A program made the translations under genes and the position numbers. Below, piece after piece: positions 49,688 through 62,803 of a stretch of 64,000 nt of DNA. The DNA is from Camelus ferus (Eukaryota). The stretch spans positions 54,004,001-54,068,000 of the forward strand of contig NC_045697.1 in the NCBI RefSeq assembly GCF_009834535.1. The letters run 5' to 3'. The first letter of the stretch is position 1. Each line of letters starts with the position of its first letter. The notes under the pieces were generated by a model that ran no database searches, had not been told where the DNA came from, and saw only the letters and a list, made by a program, of their open reading frames with translations.

Positions 49688-51640
49688 CCAACATAGCTTT
49701 GATTACAAAATGTAACAATGACATTAAAAGACTGTAAAATTGTGTCATTCTTTCTCAGAAGTATGGATACAAAAATCCTAAGCAAAATAAAATGTGAGAC
49801 CCAATGGAATGTAAAATGTATCTTATTTGCGATCAAGTTGGGGCTATTGTAGAAATACAAGATCAGTTTAACATTTAAATACAAATCAATGTAATTCACA
49901 ATATTGATCAAATAAAGGTAGAAAAAGGATATGATTATCTCAGTAGATGCCAAAAAAAGCATTGGCTAATTAAAAATCCATTTTTGTAAAAATTAGCAAA
50001 CTAAAAACAAAAGAAAATTCCTTAATCTGATAAAATGATAGCAAACATCCTATTTAATTGTGAAGTACCAAACACCTTTCCCTGAAATTAGGAAAAAGAG
50101 AAGGACTCCAGCTATCACCAACTCTATTCAACAGTTTACTAGAATTCTATGACTTAAGCTAGAAGTAATCAATAAATCAACTACAACCAAAACAAAATAA
50201 AAATATAAGCAATAGAAAAGAAGTAATAATACTGTTCTTATTTGCAGATGGAAGTGTATGTTAAAAACCCAAAAGAATACACAAATAGAAAAAAATGAAA
50301 TTAATAGATGAATCAAGTTTTCTCAATTCAAGGTCAATATATAAAAGTCAATTGTATTTATATATGTCAGCAATAAATATGACATGAAATGTAAACGATA
50401 ATGACATTTACAGTAGGATTCAGTAAGTCAAATATATAAGACTGATTCTAGGAGAACATGTACAAGACTTCTATTCAGATACTTAATAAACACTACTGAG
50501 AGAAATTAAAGAAAATCTAAATAAAACAAAGAAGGTACCAAGTTCATGGATTAGAAACTTCAATATTTTAAGAAGTCAGTTCTTCCCCAAAAGATCTATA
50601 GATTCGATACTATACCAACAAAAGTCTAGAAATTCTTTTTTGGAAATTAATCAGATGATGTTAAAATTTATAAGGAAATGTAATGGACTAAAAATAGCAA
50701 AGACAATTTTGACAAAGGAAAATAAATATGGGCTTACATACCAGACATCAAGTGTAAACAGAGAAACTCAAGGTGTTGCTCACCACCAAGTTCTACAAGG
50801 ATTAAGTCACAACCCACTATATTCACTGACCTACTGCACTGTGAGATGAAATTAAGAGGACAGCATAATGAGTAAGGCCCTCCGTGCTTTGGACAAGTAT
50901 GCTCCTTAAATAGATAAACATCTCAGGAAGAATTTCAATGACCTTGGATTTTTGCATTTTCCATTTTACAGAAAAGCACTAAAATCACTGACTTGGGATA
51001 TCTGTTCTTTGTGACTAGCAGTAATCTTTTACCGAGATTTAATCTGGTAATCATATTTAATTTGGTTTTTCCCCTACCTCTTTGGAGCCTTTTCCTCAGA
51101 GCTAACTGAATGGCTGTCCACCAGGCTATAGTAAGACTCTGAATTCACAACTCTTATAATGCGTGTTTTTCTTTGAGTTGGCATACATTCTATAACTTCA
51201 ATAATCAAAGTAGTGTGATATGGCACAGTAATAGAAAAATAAATCAAAGAAACAATAAAAGAAGTTCAGAACGAGATCCACACTTGATTTATACTTGATT
51301 TATAAGAAAGGTGGCATTGAAGGGCGGTGGATAAAGATTGCATGTTTATGATTTCAATAAGATGTACAGGGTCAATTAATAGTCATATGGGAAAAGATGC
51401 ATCTTTTACTCCTACTTCATAATGCACACACAAATAAATGCAATGTGAATTGTTGACCTAAGTGCAGACAGTGAAGAAACATTAAAGGTTTTAGAAGAAA
51501 ACATGGAAGTATATATTTATGAAAGGCAAAGATTTCTTAAATGAATTGCACACATATACTCACAAAATACTAACCTTAAAAGGAAATATTGACAATTTTT
51601 AAACTAAAATTAAGAAAATCTTTTTTTAAAAAATCACCAA
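49688..51640 (+). mobile_element. Ancient + strand L1 ORF2 relic (begins near 42530, left of the young L1)
   Basis: Joining across the TSD gives LLPNLFYKANIALITK, similar to [16 protein letters not shown]; later tctcagtagatgccaaaaaagcatt and tatttgcagatg RT relics. Confidence 0.8.
50753..51183 (+). mobile_element. Solo LTR-like insertion within the ancient L1
   Basis: tgtaaaca...gagttggca ends; L1-like sequence resumes on both sides; no clear TSD. Confidence 0.55.
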
Positions 51641-52269
51641 TAATTAGTTCCACTTCCAGCAATGGTAGTCTTATATCAAGCTCTCTTAGAGTTAATAATT
51701 ACAAAGTTTGGAAAAAACATAAAAACCAGCCATATGAAGGCAGCAGAGAGTGACCAAAAACTGGGAAAAACTGTATTAGGGTCAGTTTATGAAAGGAAAG
51801 GACTATATTGCCTGAGATTTACAAACATACAGTTTCTTGCCAGAGGGCATTGGTCATTCAGTCCAGGTGGCATAGGGGTGCTAAAAAGTTAAGCAAAATG
51901 ATGGCAATATTAGTTATATTAAAATTGGTACCCTGTGAAAAGTCTTTTGTCAGAAATTTCTACCTAGTTACAGCTGGTTTCAGTTAAGGAAGAAGAAGCC
52001 AGAATGATGGAATTGACCGAACACAGAGTTAGGATTATCCCGACTTACCACAAAGCTGTTTTTGGGGTGTAGCTTTAGGTGACAAATCCAAGACTTGGCA
52101 ATTATTTTTTTCAAAATAGCCAAGTCAAGGAAGTTTGTCATTCCCTGGATGACTCCTATCTTGAAACAATAGAAATATGACAGTCATTAACATTAGTCAG
52201 ACAAGTTTCATCTTATTTGTTCTCCATATTTCACCCAGCCCAAAAAACAAACCAACACTGGATGTAGCA

Positions 52270-52400
52270 CATAAACCTATGAAACACTGATCATCTTAAA
52301 AGCTACACCAGAAGATCCTTATTATCATTATCACTGTCACCACTGTCATCATCATCATCACTACCATTGCCAGTGGCACCACCACAACTATCAAAATACT
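52270..52400 (+). promoter_or_regulatory. Putative core promoter (CATAAA) and CAT/CAC-rich 5' UTR of the TMPRSS11B-like gene
   Basis: TATA-like CATAAA at 52270-52275, about 130 nt upstream of the ATG at 52401; TSS is inferred only. Confidence 0.4.
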
Positions 52401-52408
52401 ATGTCCAG
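52401..52408 (+). CDS. TMPRSS11B: TMPRSS11B-like exon 1 coding part (ATG TCC AG: Met-Ser-Arg)
   Basis: actATGtccag|gtaaat; 8-nt phase-2 start fits exon 2 and parallels the human MYR start. Confidence 0.75.
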
Positions 52409-54427
52409 GTAAATGGGATTTTAATTGGGAGAGTAAGTCTATAAAAGCTAACAAGCTGCTATAGCGTATTCTCTAGTTTTTTGTTAATTGGTTGCTTTTT
52501 ATAATTTAGATTGTTATTTCTGGGCCCATGCAATTGTTTCTGAGGCCTAAAGGCCCTGTATTTAGTCTCTGGGAAATTTTCAGAAATTTGGGGGGGGGAA
52601 ACGAATTTTAGCAAAATTTTGCTTACTTTTTATATCCACCCATAAGAACTATTATTTTTGTTCTCTAGTACATAGATTTTGGAATAATGTACTTTACAAC
52701 ACAGATTCTAAATTAGCACCTGGCAAAATACAAGGGGCCTCAAAATTTAAAAGGTTTTCAAATGATTTTCTTTCTGTAGACTCTGCTTTTGTTCTTTTTT
52801 TAAAAAATAGGATTGTTTACTACTGCTGAATTGTTTTTGTTTTCATGTGTGTGTGTGTTTTGGGGGACTAATTATGCTTATGACTGAAAGAAATCCATAA
52901 TGAAAGGGAAAAGCTTATCAGTGCTGCAGTCAACTATATGTATTCTTTAGAACTTCCAAGAACACCTAAAATGGGCTTTCAACGATAAACATTTTATAAG
53001 CTGAATATAGTGATTACTTGCATAGAAACTGTCTCAGCTACTTTATGTGCCATGTACATAATTTAGGCTACCTGTGTGAGTCTTTCAAACTTTCATGTCT
53101 CAGAAAGACTGAGCTACCAGACTACATTACAACTGACTAATCCAAAACAAATTTCAGACTTTGCTATCACAGTGAACTTTTCTACTCATTAGAAGACACA
53201 GATTATTGGATATTAATAAGGTTATAAATATCATTATTAATTACCTTAACTGTATACTCCTTTTAAACTGTGATTTATCTAGTATAAGAAATACCATGCC
53301 TAAATAGATGTTTTGCTCTGAGGATGAGATTAAACAACTGAATTCTAGTATAAAAGCATACAAGGAAGAGTTAGGATTAAGAATAGAGAACAGAGAGGAA
53401 ACAAAACTGGGTGGAGTTGTACAGGTGTGGCATAAGGTACTCATTTATTTTTAAAGGACCTTCTCTACCTAAAAATCAGTTAGTCCTAGAAAGATTAGAA
53501 CAAAAAGGTTCTCCTGCTCACAGGGAATATATGATTTGCTAAATGTACCCACTGATTACAAACTCTTCTGTTTTGCAAGTTTTGTTTAGGGTGATGCAGA
53601 ATACAAAGAGATTGAAGAAACAGCTGAGGCTATTTTGAAACTTGAAATCAGATTTTGTTTTTTGTGTGTTACAGGTCTTCGTCCAAATGGACAATTTCAT
53701 GACATCATATCTTTCAAGCTATAAAGAATAAACAATGTCCAAACTTTATAAAATTAGACTAAGGGTGGCCATATGGCCTAACTGTAACCCTAGACCTCTC
53801 TATTTGTATGATGCCAAGTCACAATGTTTTCTGATTATTTTTCATCTAATTGATTGGTTTTGATGATGAATCTTACCTGTCTGTTAAATTATATTTTACA
53901 AATAATCTATATTTATTATAGAAACATCAGAAAACATAGTTAAGAATAAAGTAAACAAAAATGACAAAAAGTCTACCCATAATCTTATAATATGGGAAAG
54001 TTGCTTTTGACATCATGATGTTTCCCTACACAATTAAACATATAAATGATGTTATATATTTGTGTTTATAAATCTATATATGTCCACACATCTGATGTGG
54101 CTTTAGTTTACAAAGATACAACCAGACCACATGTAATGTTTTATAACTTGCTTTAGATAAATAAAAAAGCAAACCAACTTCTCCTTATCAACGTAAGAAC
54201 ACAAACCATGCTATTTTACTCACTGTTGTAACACAGTACTCAAAGATGACTTGCTAAATGGACGAACAGTAATGTCCATCCTCACTGAGACAGTTAAGGC
54301 ATCTGTGTTTTAAACTAACATAAAGACCTAATGCATAAGTTATAAACTGTGTTGTATGAGTTGGAGGAGAAACAGGTAGATTTAGAATATCTATCATCTG
54401 ATTTGAGCCGTTTTCCTCCTTTGGTAG

Positions 54428-54546
54428 GTACAACGTATTTTCCCAGAGAAGATCTTGGCCACTGTGGATGACAATCCTTATCTTCCTTGGAACGATGGCA
54501 ATCTTGGGAATAACTATTGGTCTCATTGTTCATTTTCTGGCAGTTG
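54428..54546 (+). CDS. TMPRSS11B: TMPRSS11B-like exon 2: TM helix (YNVFSQRRSWPLWMTILIFLGTMAILGITIGLIVHFLAV)
   Basis: tttggtag acceptor, gtcagt donor; hydrophobic helix. Confidence 0.9.
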
Positions 54547-56236
54547 GTCAGTATTGACTACTCAATTTTCACCCTTACCACTAAATCTCTTTTAACTCTT
54601 AGAAATTGGTAAGAAACAATATGAATATTAAATTTCCTTATGGAAACTTTGTCACTACTATTTTATTTCAACATAATAATTTTATATAATTTGACACCAA
54701 AGTTTATAAATTTTTCTGAATTCTGTATTTCCTTGATCCTCTCTGTAAGTTGTATCACCAACTATGGGAGTATGGGCAAGACTGAAAAATTCAATACTTT
54801 GGTGCCAATATTTGTTGTCAATAAAGGAGCTTATATAGTAGGTTTGCAGTTAAGCTGTACATTTTTAGTAAATATACCTCAAGCTTTGGAGATCCCTACT
54901 CTTCTTGGCTCATTTCTAATATTGATTATTAAAGATATAATTGATAAGTAAGAATGGATAATCCACTAATGGTTCTTCTAATAGTGGACAGTCAAGAATG
55001 GTTAAATGGCTGAATGTTCATACTAACTTGATCTTATTTTTAATATCTTTTATTAAACCTACATTCAGAAAGTTTGGTTTTCCAGTTTATTTTTACTTTT
55101 CAGAAAAATTAATTCTAAAATTTGTGTAACTGTTTAAGGTTTTTAAACAAATTTGTTACCTACTCTTCCACTTGATCCTCACAATAATCCTTTGAACTTG
55201 AGAGAGCAGGTTTTACTACTATCCCTAGTCTCACACGCAGGAAACTGAGGTTCAGGCAACTCAAGTGATTTGCTTGATATCACAGGATTTAAGTCACATA
55301 GCTGAACACAAACCCACATTTTAATACTTCAAGTGTATTATTCTACTTTATCATGATTTTTGTTTTATTCCTCTGAAATATATCACCCTATACAATAATG
55401 TCATATGGACACATTTTGCTTGATTCAGTGACAATTCAAGTTTTCTTTCAACCTAGCTTCTCCTTTGTTTCTCCATAATCATCTTAATTTCAAATTTCAA
55501 AACTTGTCCTTCATGAGTGTAGTAGACACTCAGACTCTTGCTTGGCATGTCTATCCATGAACTCTCCATAGTCTGAATCCTTCTAGCCTCTTTTTGTCTC
55601 TGCTCATTAAAAAATAACATTCTTCACATCATTTCCTTAAGGATAGTTCTGAGTTTTCCATATTAAGCCCCCGTGAAGAAGTTCTGTCAATATGTTAGTG
55701 GGGACCAGTAGCCTAATTAGTTAACCTTCCAAAATATAGTTTGCATTTTAATAGATCCCTTCTTCTGGAGAAACAATGACTTAGTGGAAAGGAGTAATGC
55801 AAAAGAGAGAACTACAGGCATCCTGGCTTGAGTAGGAAGTGTGTGGAATGATAAGTCACCCCTGAATTTCTCTACATGTTCAACCATCTATCATTTCAGA
55901 TATAAGACTAGACAAGCTTGTATTACCTAAAGTTAAATTAGTTGAACCAGGCTTCTTGTGAAGTAAAAATGGACATTCAAACTTGCAAAGGTTGTTTGAA
56001 ATCATTTTGAAAGATGAACCCTTTTGCTCTAGGATTTTGGCTTAGGAGCTAATACAATCTTTGTTAATAGAGTAACTTGAGTTGGATGACAGCTAGGGGA
56101 ATATCTCATTCAGTGGTAGTAAACTAATTGCCCTAACTGAGTACATCTATTGAAATTTAATTTTGAGATAAAGATACAGAGGGGCTTGAAGCCGTTTCCT
56201 GTTTTAAAATTTTCTGAATATTTCTTTATTTCACAG

Positions 56237-56352
56237 GAAAGATTTACTATTACCAAGGTAATTTTCATATTTCTGGAGTCACATATAATGACAGTTGTGA
56301 AAAAGCAGTTTCAGAAGCCAGCACAAATCTGAGCAAAGATATTGAGACTAAA
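56237..56352 (+). CDS. TMPRSS11B: TMPRSS11B-like exon 3: SEA domain (KIYYYQGNFHISGVTYNDSCE...DIETK)
   Basis: tcacag acceptor, gtaagt donor. Confidence 0.93.
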
Positions 56353-56437
56353 GTAAGTAAGAGATCTTTTTTATTAACTTTATTATAAATTTGATTGAAA
56401 CATACATCATGGCTTTTTTGGTTTTTTCTCTTGACAG

Positions 56438-56505
56438 ATATCTACCACATTTCAGAATTCTAGGGTATACAAAGAATATATCAACTCTCAGGTCATGAAA
56501 CTTCT
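56438..56505 (+). CDS. TMPRSS11B: TMPRSS11B-like exon 4 (ISTTFQNSRVYKEYINSQVMKLL)
   Basis: ttgacag acceptor after an 85-nt intron, gtaagt donor. Confidence 0.92.
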
Positions 56506-56599
56506 GTAAGTATAAATTCATTCAAGATTATATGGAAGAAGATGTAGGTAATATGTCACATTAGTCCTGGTTTTAAGTAACAACAGTGATGAAAAACAG

Positions 56600-56710
56600 A
56601 AAGAGAGAGGGAGAGAGAGGAAGAGAGAAGGAGAGAAGGAAGAGAGGGAGGGAGGGAAGGAAGAAGGAAGGAAGGGAAGGGAAGGGAAAAAAGGAAGGAA
56701 GGAAGGAAGG
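56600..56710 (+). repeat. Polypurine (GA)n/(GGAA)n simple repeat
   Basis: gagagagg...ggaaggaagg tract in intron 4 of the second gene. Confidence 0.9.
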
Positions 56711-57941
56711 ACTCCCCATAAATTAAAATATCACTGTATCTAACAAATTTCTGTTCAGGGTAGGAAGTGTTCTGTACAAATCTGTAATCTCGGTACTTGA
56801 AGGGGAATTGTAAGGTTGTTGGTGGCAGTCAGTTCTAACTGACTTCTATGATAAAAGATAATTTAAAAGACAATTGTAACTCTACGGAAAATAAAGATTG
56901 TCTTGCTATCCATCTACTAGCCACCTCTTTTCCCATTCATACTCGTCTGGCCGTATCTTTCTTAAAATAATCCTCCTTCGGTCTCTTTAATAATCACCAT
57001 CACTGTAATGACTGTGGAGAAAAGTGAATCTTTACGATAACATTTGTCTAAATATGTATTGTAAGTGTGCCTGACAGTGGTAATGGTGGTGGTGAGAGAT
57101 GCGGGGAGGCAGGTATCACGGAGCATAGGGGATAAGTGATTAAGGGAGAGAGCATTTGTAATTTAGCAACTGTCAGTATCTATTCTGGAGAAGTCTGAAT
57201 TCCTTAAAACTAAAAAAAAAATCCAGCTAGACAACCAACCAACCTACTTACCTCCAGACAGACAAAAACGTCTGAAGGCCCTTCAATTGATCCTAATTAT
57301 TTGAAAATAGAGCTGTGGTTTCTTAAAAATTGTGATTAATATAGCTTTTGCATTGACAGTCTTCCAAAATGAATTAATTGTCTCTCCTGATCAATAAAAA
57401 TAATGTACTGAATATACAGATAACGGAGATATTCTTATGCTTAGAATTATCTTTCTGAGCCTTCTCATTGTATAGATCCATTGGGGTGGACACTCATAAG
57501 AAACTACGGGAAGAAGCTTAGTTCTGGCTCTTGAATATATGCTAGAATTTATCTTTTGAATGCTTCCCAGCCCTGCATTTAAGTTCTTATTTATCTCTTC
57601 CTCTAAAATTAAGAAAACATCTGTACAAAACACTATTTTTTTTTACTGTATTATAATGAAATTTCAAGCCAATTATTTGTTGGCCAGTACTCAGTTTCTC
57701 ATACATGTTTGAAATATTCTGATTTCTAACGTTCACATCCTCTTTCACAAACAATACCTCTAAACCAATTAGAAGATTTTTAAGGATCCTTGAACTTTAT
57801 ATATACTGGGACAATATCTGTGTATTGTTTTTTAATATATGTAAAGGCAATATAATAATTACAATGTGGGAAATTCAGTATGTTCATAAGACATCTAAAA
57901 AATCAGGAAGTAGCACATGAGAACATTTCTGTTTTGTCCAG

Positions 57942-58102
57942 TCCTAATCCCAGTGGTTCCAGTGTACAGTTACAGCTGACATTCAAGTTTCCTCCAGCAA
58001 AGAAGAATAGCATGAAGCCTGAAATAGAAGCTATCTTACATCAGATATTGAAAGACAACATGGCATCCTGGAATGCAGTTCCCACCTCCCTTAAATTTAT
58101 AG
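57942..58102 (+). CDS. TMPRSS11B: TMPRSS11B-like exon 5 (PNPSGSSVQLQLTFKFPPA...SWNAVPTSLKFI)
   Basis: gtccag acceptor, gtattt donor; within ORF-track 57880..58146. Confidence 0.92.
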
Positions 58103-59503
58103 GTATTTCAACTATTTTAATTATTTTCTACTACTTAAGTATCTAGACTATTAAAAAAAAAAGTACCAGAAAAAATGTACTTAGGAAAAAATTTACTTAG
58201 GAAAAAATAGTCTTTCCAAACTCTGGCACTCCTACCATTGAGTTGATAGTGGAAAGGGTAGTGCTATGGAATCTTTGTCTGAACAGTGATAGGAAGGAGT
58301 GTTGAACCACAGATATGCTTGTGAGTTTGGGAGGGTTGGGTATTATGGATGGAAAAGGGGGTGAAAGGTAGTAATTGAAGCATTATTCTCCCTACCTTCT
58401 ACTTTTGTCAGGATCTCATTATAGGAAACAGACTTAAGTGTTTTCTTGATCATTGAGCTGAAGATTGTAGGAGTAAGTGTGAAATTGAGGACAGAGAGCT
58501 CTTATTGATTCTTGTAGAAGAATGGAAGTAATCCTACTAAAGAAAAACTTGTCTGAAATAATTCCCCAGAAAACAAGAGAAGAAAATGACAGAATTTTGT
58601 CTCAGTGCAGAAAGTAACGTTTGTAAGCATCTTGAAGGTCCTGCATTTGTCCTGAAACTCTAACTTGGATTGTTAAAAGGTCTATTTAGGTGGTCTAAGC
58701 TTGTGGTTCCAGAGCCCAGTTTTGTGGTTCTTCCAGACTGACAATTGATCCTAGTGTCCTTGAAAGCTATAATGGCTGCCAGCTGCCAGTCACAGGTCCT
58801 TTGCCTCAGAACACAGACCCTGTCACCAATGGGCCACTCATGACAAGTGAGTCTGAGGCAGAGCTTCTGAAAGAAGCAATACAATTCCTTCGTGAGTAGT
58901 TGTTGGGAAAGAAGACTGTACCAGTTACTGCCCCTCTGTATCCCCGAGATTTAAGAGTTAGCACTTTCTGATGTGTTCTTTTTTAGTTCTCTCTTCTCTT
59001 TCTCTCTAAAGTCTCTTCCCAGTGGAAAAGAGACTTGAATTTAAGTTAAATTCTCAAAATTTCATAATTCAGTCTTAGTAATGAGATGACTTGCAAAGAG
59101 TAGGATAGGCCCAATGTAATTTTAGTTGGATTTTTTTCCTTTAAAATATAGATAACTCTGAGTATTTCAGAGTAATGAGAATTATCTAAGGGAAAGAAAT
59201 CCAAAGATTATGCCCAGTGCCTCTTTTAGTAAGAGTATAAGCTTCTTACTTCACTAAATATTTTACTTCAACTATCATAAAACTGAGAGCTTTGCTTTTT
59301 TATTTCCTTTTCCTGTACTACCTGGTAAAGATGTGGAGAGATGGCCAGAATATAACAAGTAAGAGTGAGAGGGGTTGATAAGCAATACACGAACTAGCCT
59401 GAATAGTTAAATGTTGGCTGTAATTAGGTTAGGAAATCTAGTCCTTGGGTTGAAGAGAATTGCATGATGATATTTTATCAACTTTATTTTTTTTTAATTT
59501 CAG

Positions 59504-59542
59504 AAATCAGCAAGGCTCATGCTGAAATGCTTACAAACAACT
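59504..59542 (+). CDS. TMPRSS11B: TMPRSS11B-like exon 6 (EISKAHAEMLTNN)
   Basis: tttcag acceptor, gtaagt donor; 39 nt. Confidence 0.92.
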
Positions 59543-60350
59543 GTAAGTTTAGAAACTTTATTATAAATTTAATACACTCACAAACAGTTTTCTATCATTT
59601 TTCTAGAAAGTATCTAGAAGCACCTCAGGTGGAAATCTATAGTAGTTTTTCAAAATTATTGGATATACTAGATATTTATTGGGAATTCCTTTTTAAAAAA
59701 CACTGACCATTTGTAAGTGGTTGTCCAAAAGGGTGAAATGACAACTGTTTGCAAAGAATGGAATCATGAAAAATATCTTGTTTGAATTAGTTAATATATA
59801 AAAAAAAGGGAAGGAAAAAGGACAACTTAGGATAATAAGAAAATGCAAAACTAGGCTATAGAAAAATACGTCTATTATAAGGTAAAAAACAGTTCTGTAC
59901 CTTTTAAACAAATTCTCTTTAAAGTATCATGGGGCCCACAACATGGTACATCCATGCATTCATTCAATCAGTGGATATTTCTGGAATATCTATTATCCAC
60001 ATGGGGCTTTACAGACAGCACTGTACATGCTATGCAACATACAGACATTAATGAAGCAAAGTTTCTACCTTCAAGAACTTTGCAATCTATTTGGGGAGAG
60101 TAAAATTATAAGACAGATACAATGTAACTCAGTAAGTGAAAGACGTTTAAGACTGAAAAAGAGGAAAAGTAAACATCACCCAAACGAAGATAGAGTGGAC
60201 TACCATGATATGAATACATTACAGGAAAGAGACAGCATTGTTAGGAGGTGCTGAACAATCACTGAAGGGTTTCAAGTAATGTTTTAAAAATACTTCTTAT
60301 AAAGCATAATCACAGATACCTGCTCTTGTATAAATAAATCTTTTCTTTAG

Positions 60351-60528
60351 GTTGTGGGAGACAACTGGCCAACAGTATTACATCTGGCAATCGAATTGTG
60401 AATGGGAAAAAAGCCGTGGGTGGGGCCTGGCCGTGGCAGGCAAGCATGCAATGGAAGGGCCAGCACTACTGTGGTGCCTCTCTGATCAGCAGCAGGTGGC
60501 TCCTATCTGCAGCTCACTGCTTTGCTAA
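60351..60528 (+). CDS. TMPRSS11B: TMPRSS11B-like exon 7: activation site NR|IVNG and His57 (SAAHC)
   Basis: ctttag acceptor, gtaagt donor; [19 protein letters not shown]...WPWQASM. Confidence 0.95.
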
Positions 60529-60739
60529 GTAAGTTTGAGAGTTTCACTAAATGTAGGAGTCTAGGTGCAGGCCTATTTCGGATAGTCTGTGGGGGTTAAC
60601 TTGAATGTGTGAAGTTTGCCAAGCCATATGAAATTTACAAATACTTGTATAATTGAAGGGCAGCAAAGAAATTTAAATTTGGAAGGGGGGAAAAGTGAAT
60701 GGAAGCAAATTAACATTTTCTAAAAAGCTGCTTTAGCCC

Positions 60740-60925
60740 AATGTTAAGTGCTTTACTTACATCATTTTATTTAATCATAATAGTAATTCCATATGGAAGG
60801 TATAATTTAACCTATTTAAAGATGAGGAAATCTAGGGTTCAGAAATGGTGATGTAACTTGACCAAGATCATACAGCTCTTAAATAACAGAAATTGAATGT
60901 GAATACAGGTATGTCTGACTCCAGT
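60740..60925 (-). mobile_element. MIR SINE
   Basis: agatgaggaaatctagggttcaga...gtaacttgaccaagatcatacagct core; boundaries approximate. Confidence 0.6.
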
Positions 60926-62051
60926 TACAAGGTGCTTATTTGTCTTGTCCTCTGGGGGGTTACAATCTATTTGAAGAAATTTAAATGTGATGTATTAAAA
61001 GTAGAAGGTGGCATGGTGTATGTACAACACAGGTACTAAGTTTGATGGAAACCTGATGACAAGAGAGAACATATCTAGCTGAGGTATGCAGTTGTAAGAT
61101 TTGATCCAGACTCTAAAGATGAAAGACTTGATTGATAGGGTGAGTAGATGAGAAAGGATAATAAGCATTTCGAGTTGGGAAAATAGCCTTCTTCAAATGT
61201 GTTGACATGAAACAACACAAGTTGTATTCTGTGGACAGCAAGCAAAGAGAATAATTTGAATCTTAGAGGATTTGTAAAAGGAAACATTAGAAAATATGCT
61301 TAGAAAATGTAGTTATATCTGGGATCGGGAATACTTCTAAATGACAAGATGCTAACTTACTGGAAAAACACAGCTATTGAGTATGTGGAGTCACTGAAGA
61401 TTTTAAAATGGGAGAAAGATTGAACAGTGTCACAGTTATAGGAAGGTCTTGAAACCCTTAAAAAAAAAACCACCAAAAAAACCGCCAATACCTGACATTT
61501 TGAGGAAGGTAAAAATGGTTAGATAGGATGTTAGGTCCTAACTGAGAAAGAATCTCAGGGGAACTGGAGAAACTGGTCAGAAAATCTAAATTAGAAGCCA
61601 AGAGGCATTGACTTGGTAAATGTAATGTGACTGTGTTAAAATAATTTGCAATTTTAAAATTTATGGAAGTGCCTGGAGACTGCCACAGGTTCTAGGAGTG
61701 CAGGGTGTATGGTAGGAAAGAACAGTGATTCTGGACCCCTTCCATTGGGGCTGCTCATGTGAGCCCTACCCAACTCAAATGCTCAGAAACTGGACGGGGC
61801 TGAAGCAGCAGGAAACATCAGTGACTCTGGTCAGGAGGATTTGTAGAAAGCTAACAGCTCTAATAGTCCTTAGCACTATTTTTATGTGACTGCAGCATTT
61901 ATAACATCCCCACGTCAAAGACAATTTTTAAAAATAAGAATTTAAGTGCTTTATAAGTATTGTTTGGGAACCTCATACCTTAAAATTATAAGATAATAAC
62001 CTCTGTGAACACCCCAAACTGAGTGAATTTTAATTGAATTGTGTCCTCCAG

Positions 62052-62311
62052 GAAAAATAATTCAGAAGACTGGACTGTCAACTTTGGAACTGTAGTAAAT
62101 AAACCATATATGACAAGGAAAGTCCAAAATATTATTTTTCATGAAAATTATAGCAAGGCTGGGGTTCACGATGATATTGCCCTTGTGCAGCTTGCTGAAG
62201 AAGTCTCTTTTACGAAATACGTTCGTACGATTTGTCTTCCTGAAGCCAAAATGAAGCTCTCAGAAAATGACAGCGTTGTAGTTACAGGATGGGGAACACT
62301 TTATATGAATG
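62052..62311 (+). CDS. TMPRSS11B: TMPRSS11B-like exon 8: Asp102 (HDDIAL), ICLP, VTGWG
   Basis: ctccag acceptor, gtgagt donor. Confidence 0.95.
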
Positions 62312-62660
62312 GTGAGTTTTTCTGTAAATATGTAATATCTTCACAGGAATAATATTTAATCAATCAATCAATCACTTTCTCACACAATTAACCAATCAGT
62401 AAATATACTGAAAAGAAAACAAAGTGATGGGACCAAAAGCATGGTATTGTTTTCAGTTTCTGAAATACCTCTGAGAATGAGAATTGGAAAAATTGGAATA
62501 ATGTATGCGGCAGCCAGATAATAAACATCAGAAAGAAACCAGTCTAGTCAGGGACTGGCTGGCTCTTGGTGACCAAAGAATCGGCTTTATTCCACAGAAG
62601 CTCTTTGTATCAACAAACAAGGTTAAGATCTCTATAATTTGCAGAATTTATTGCCTTTAG

Positions 62661-62803
62661 GTCCTCTTCCAGTAATACTTCGGCAGGCCTTTCTGAAGAT
62701 TATTGATAACAAAGTTTGCAATGCTCCACATGCGTTATCTGGCTTGGTGACTGATACAATGCTGTGTGCTGGATTTATGTCAGGAGAAGCTGATGCCTGT
62801 CAG
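62661..62803 (+). CDS. TMPRSS11B: TMPRSS11B-like exon 9 (GPLPVILRQAFLKIID...MLCAGFMSGEADACQ)
   Basis: ctttag acceptor, cag|gtacct donor. Confidence 0.94.

Noticed and set aside
48066..49737. Overlapping 100-215 aa ORFs in the L1 5' UTR
   Set aside because: GC-rich, stop-poor sequence, several with non-ATG starts (e.g. GTG at 49090) and no recognisable domain.
51362..51372. atgtacag as exon 1 of the TMPRSS11B-like gene
   Set aside because: It sits inside the ancient L1 relic and is followed by gg rather than a proper donor; 52401-52408 fits better.
58178..58207. Short tandem duplications (tacttaggaaaaaa twice; similar cases near 25305 and 51282)
   Set aside because: Ordinary slippage microduplications with no spacer-repeat array structure.
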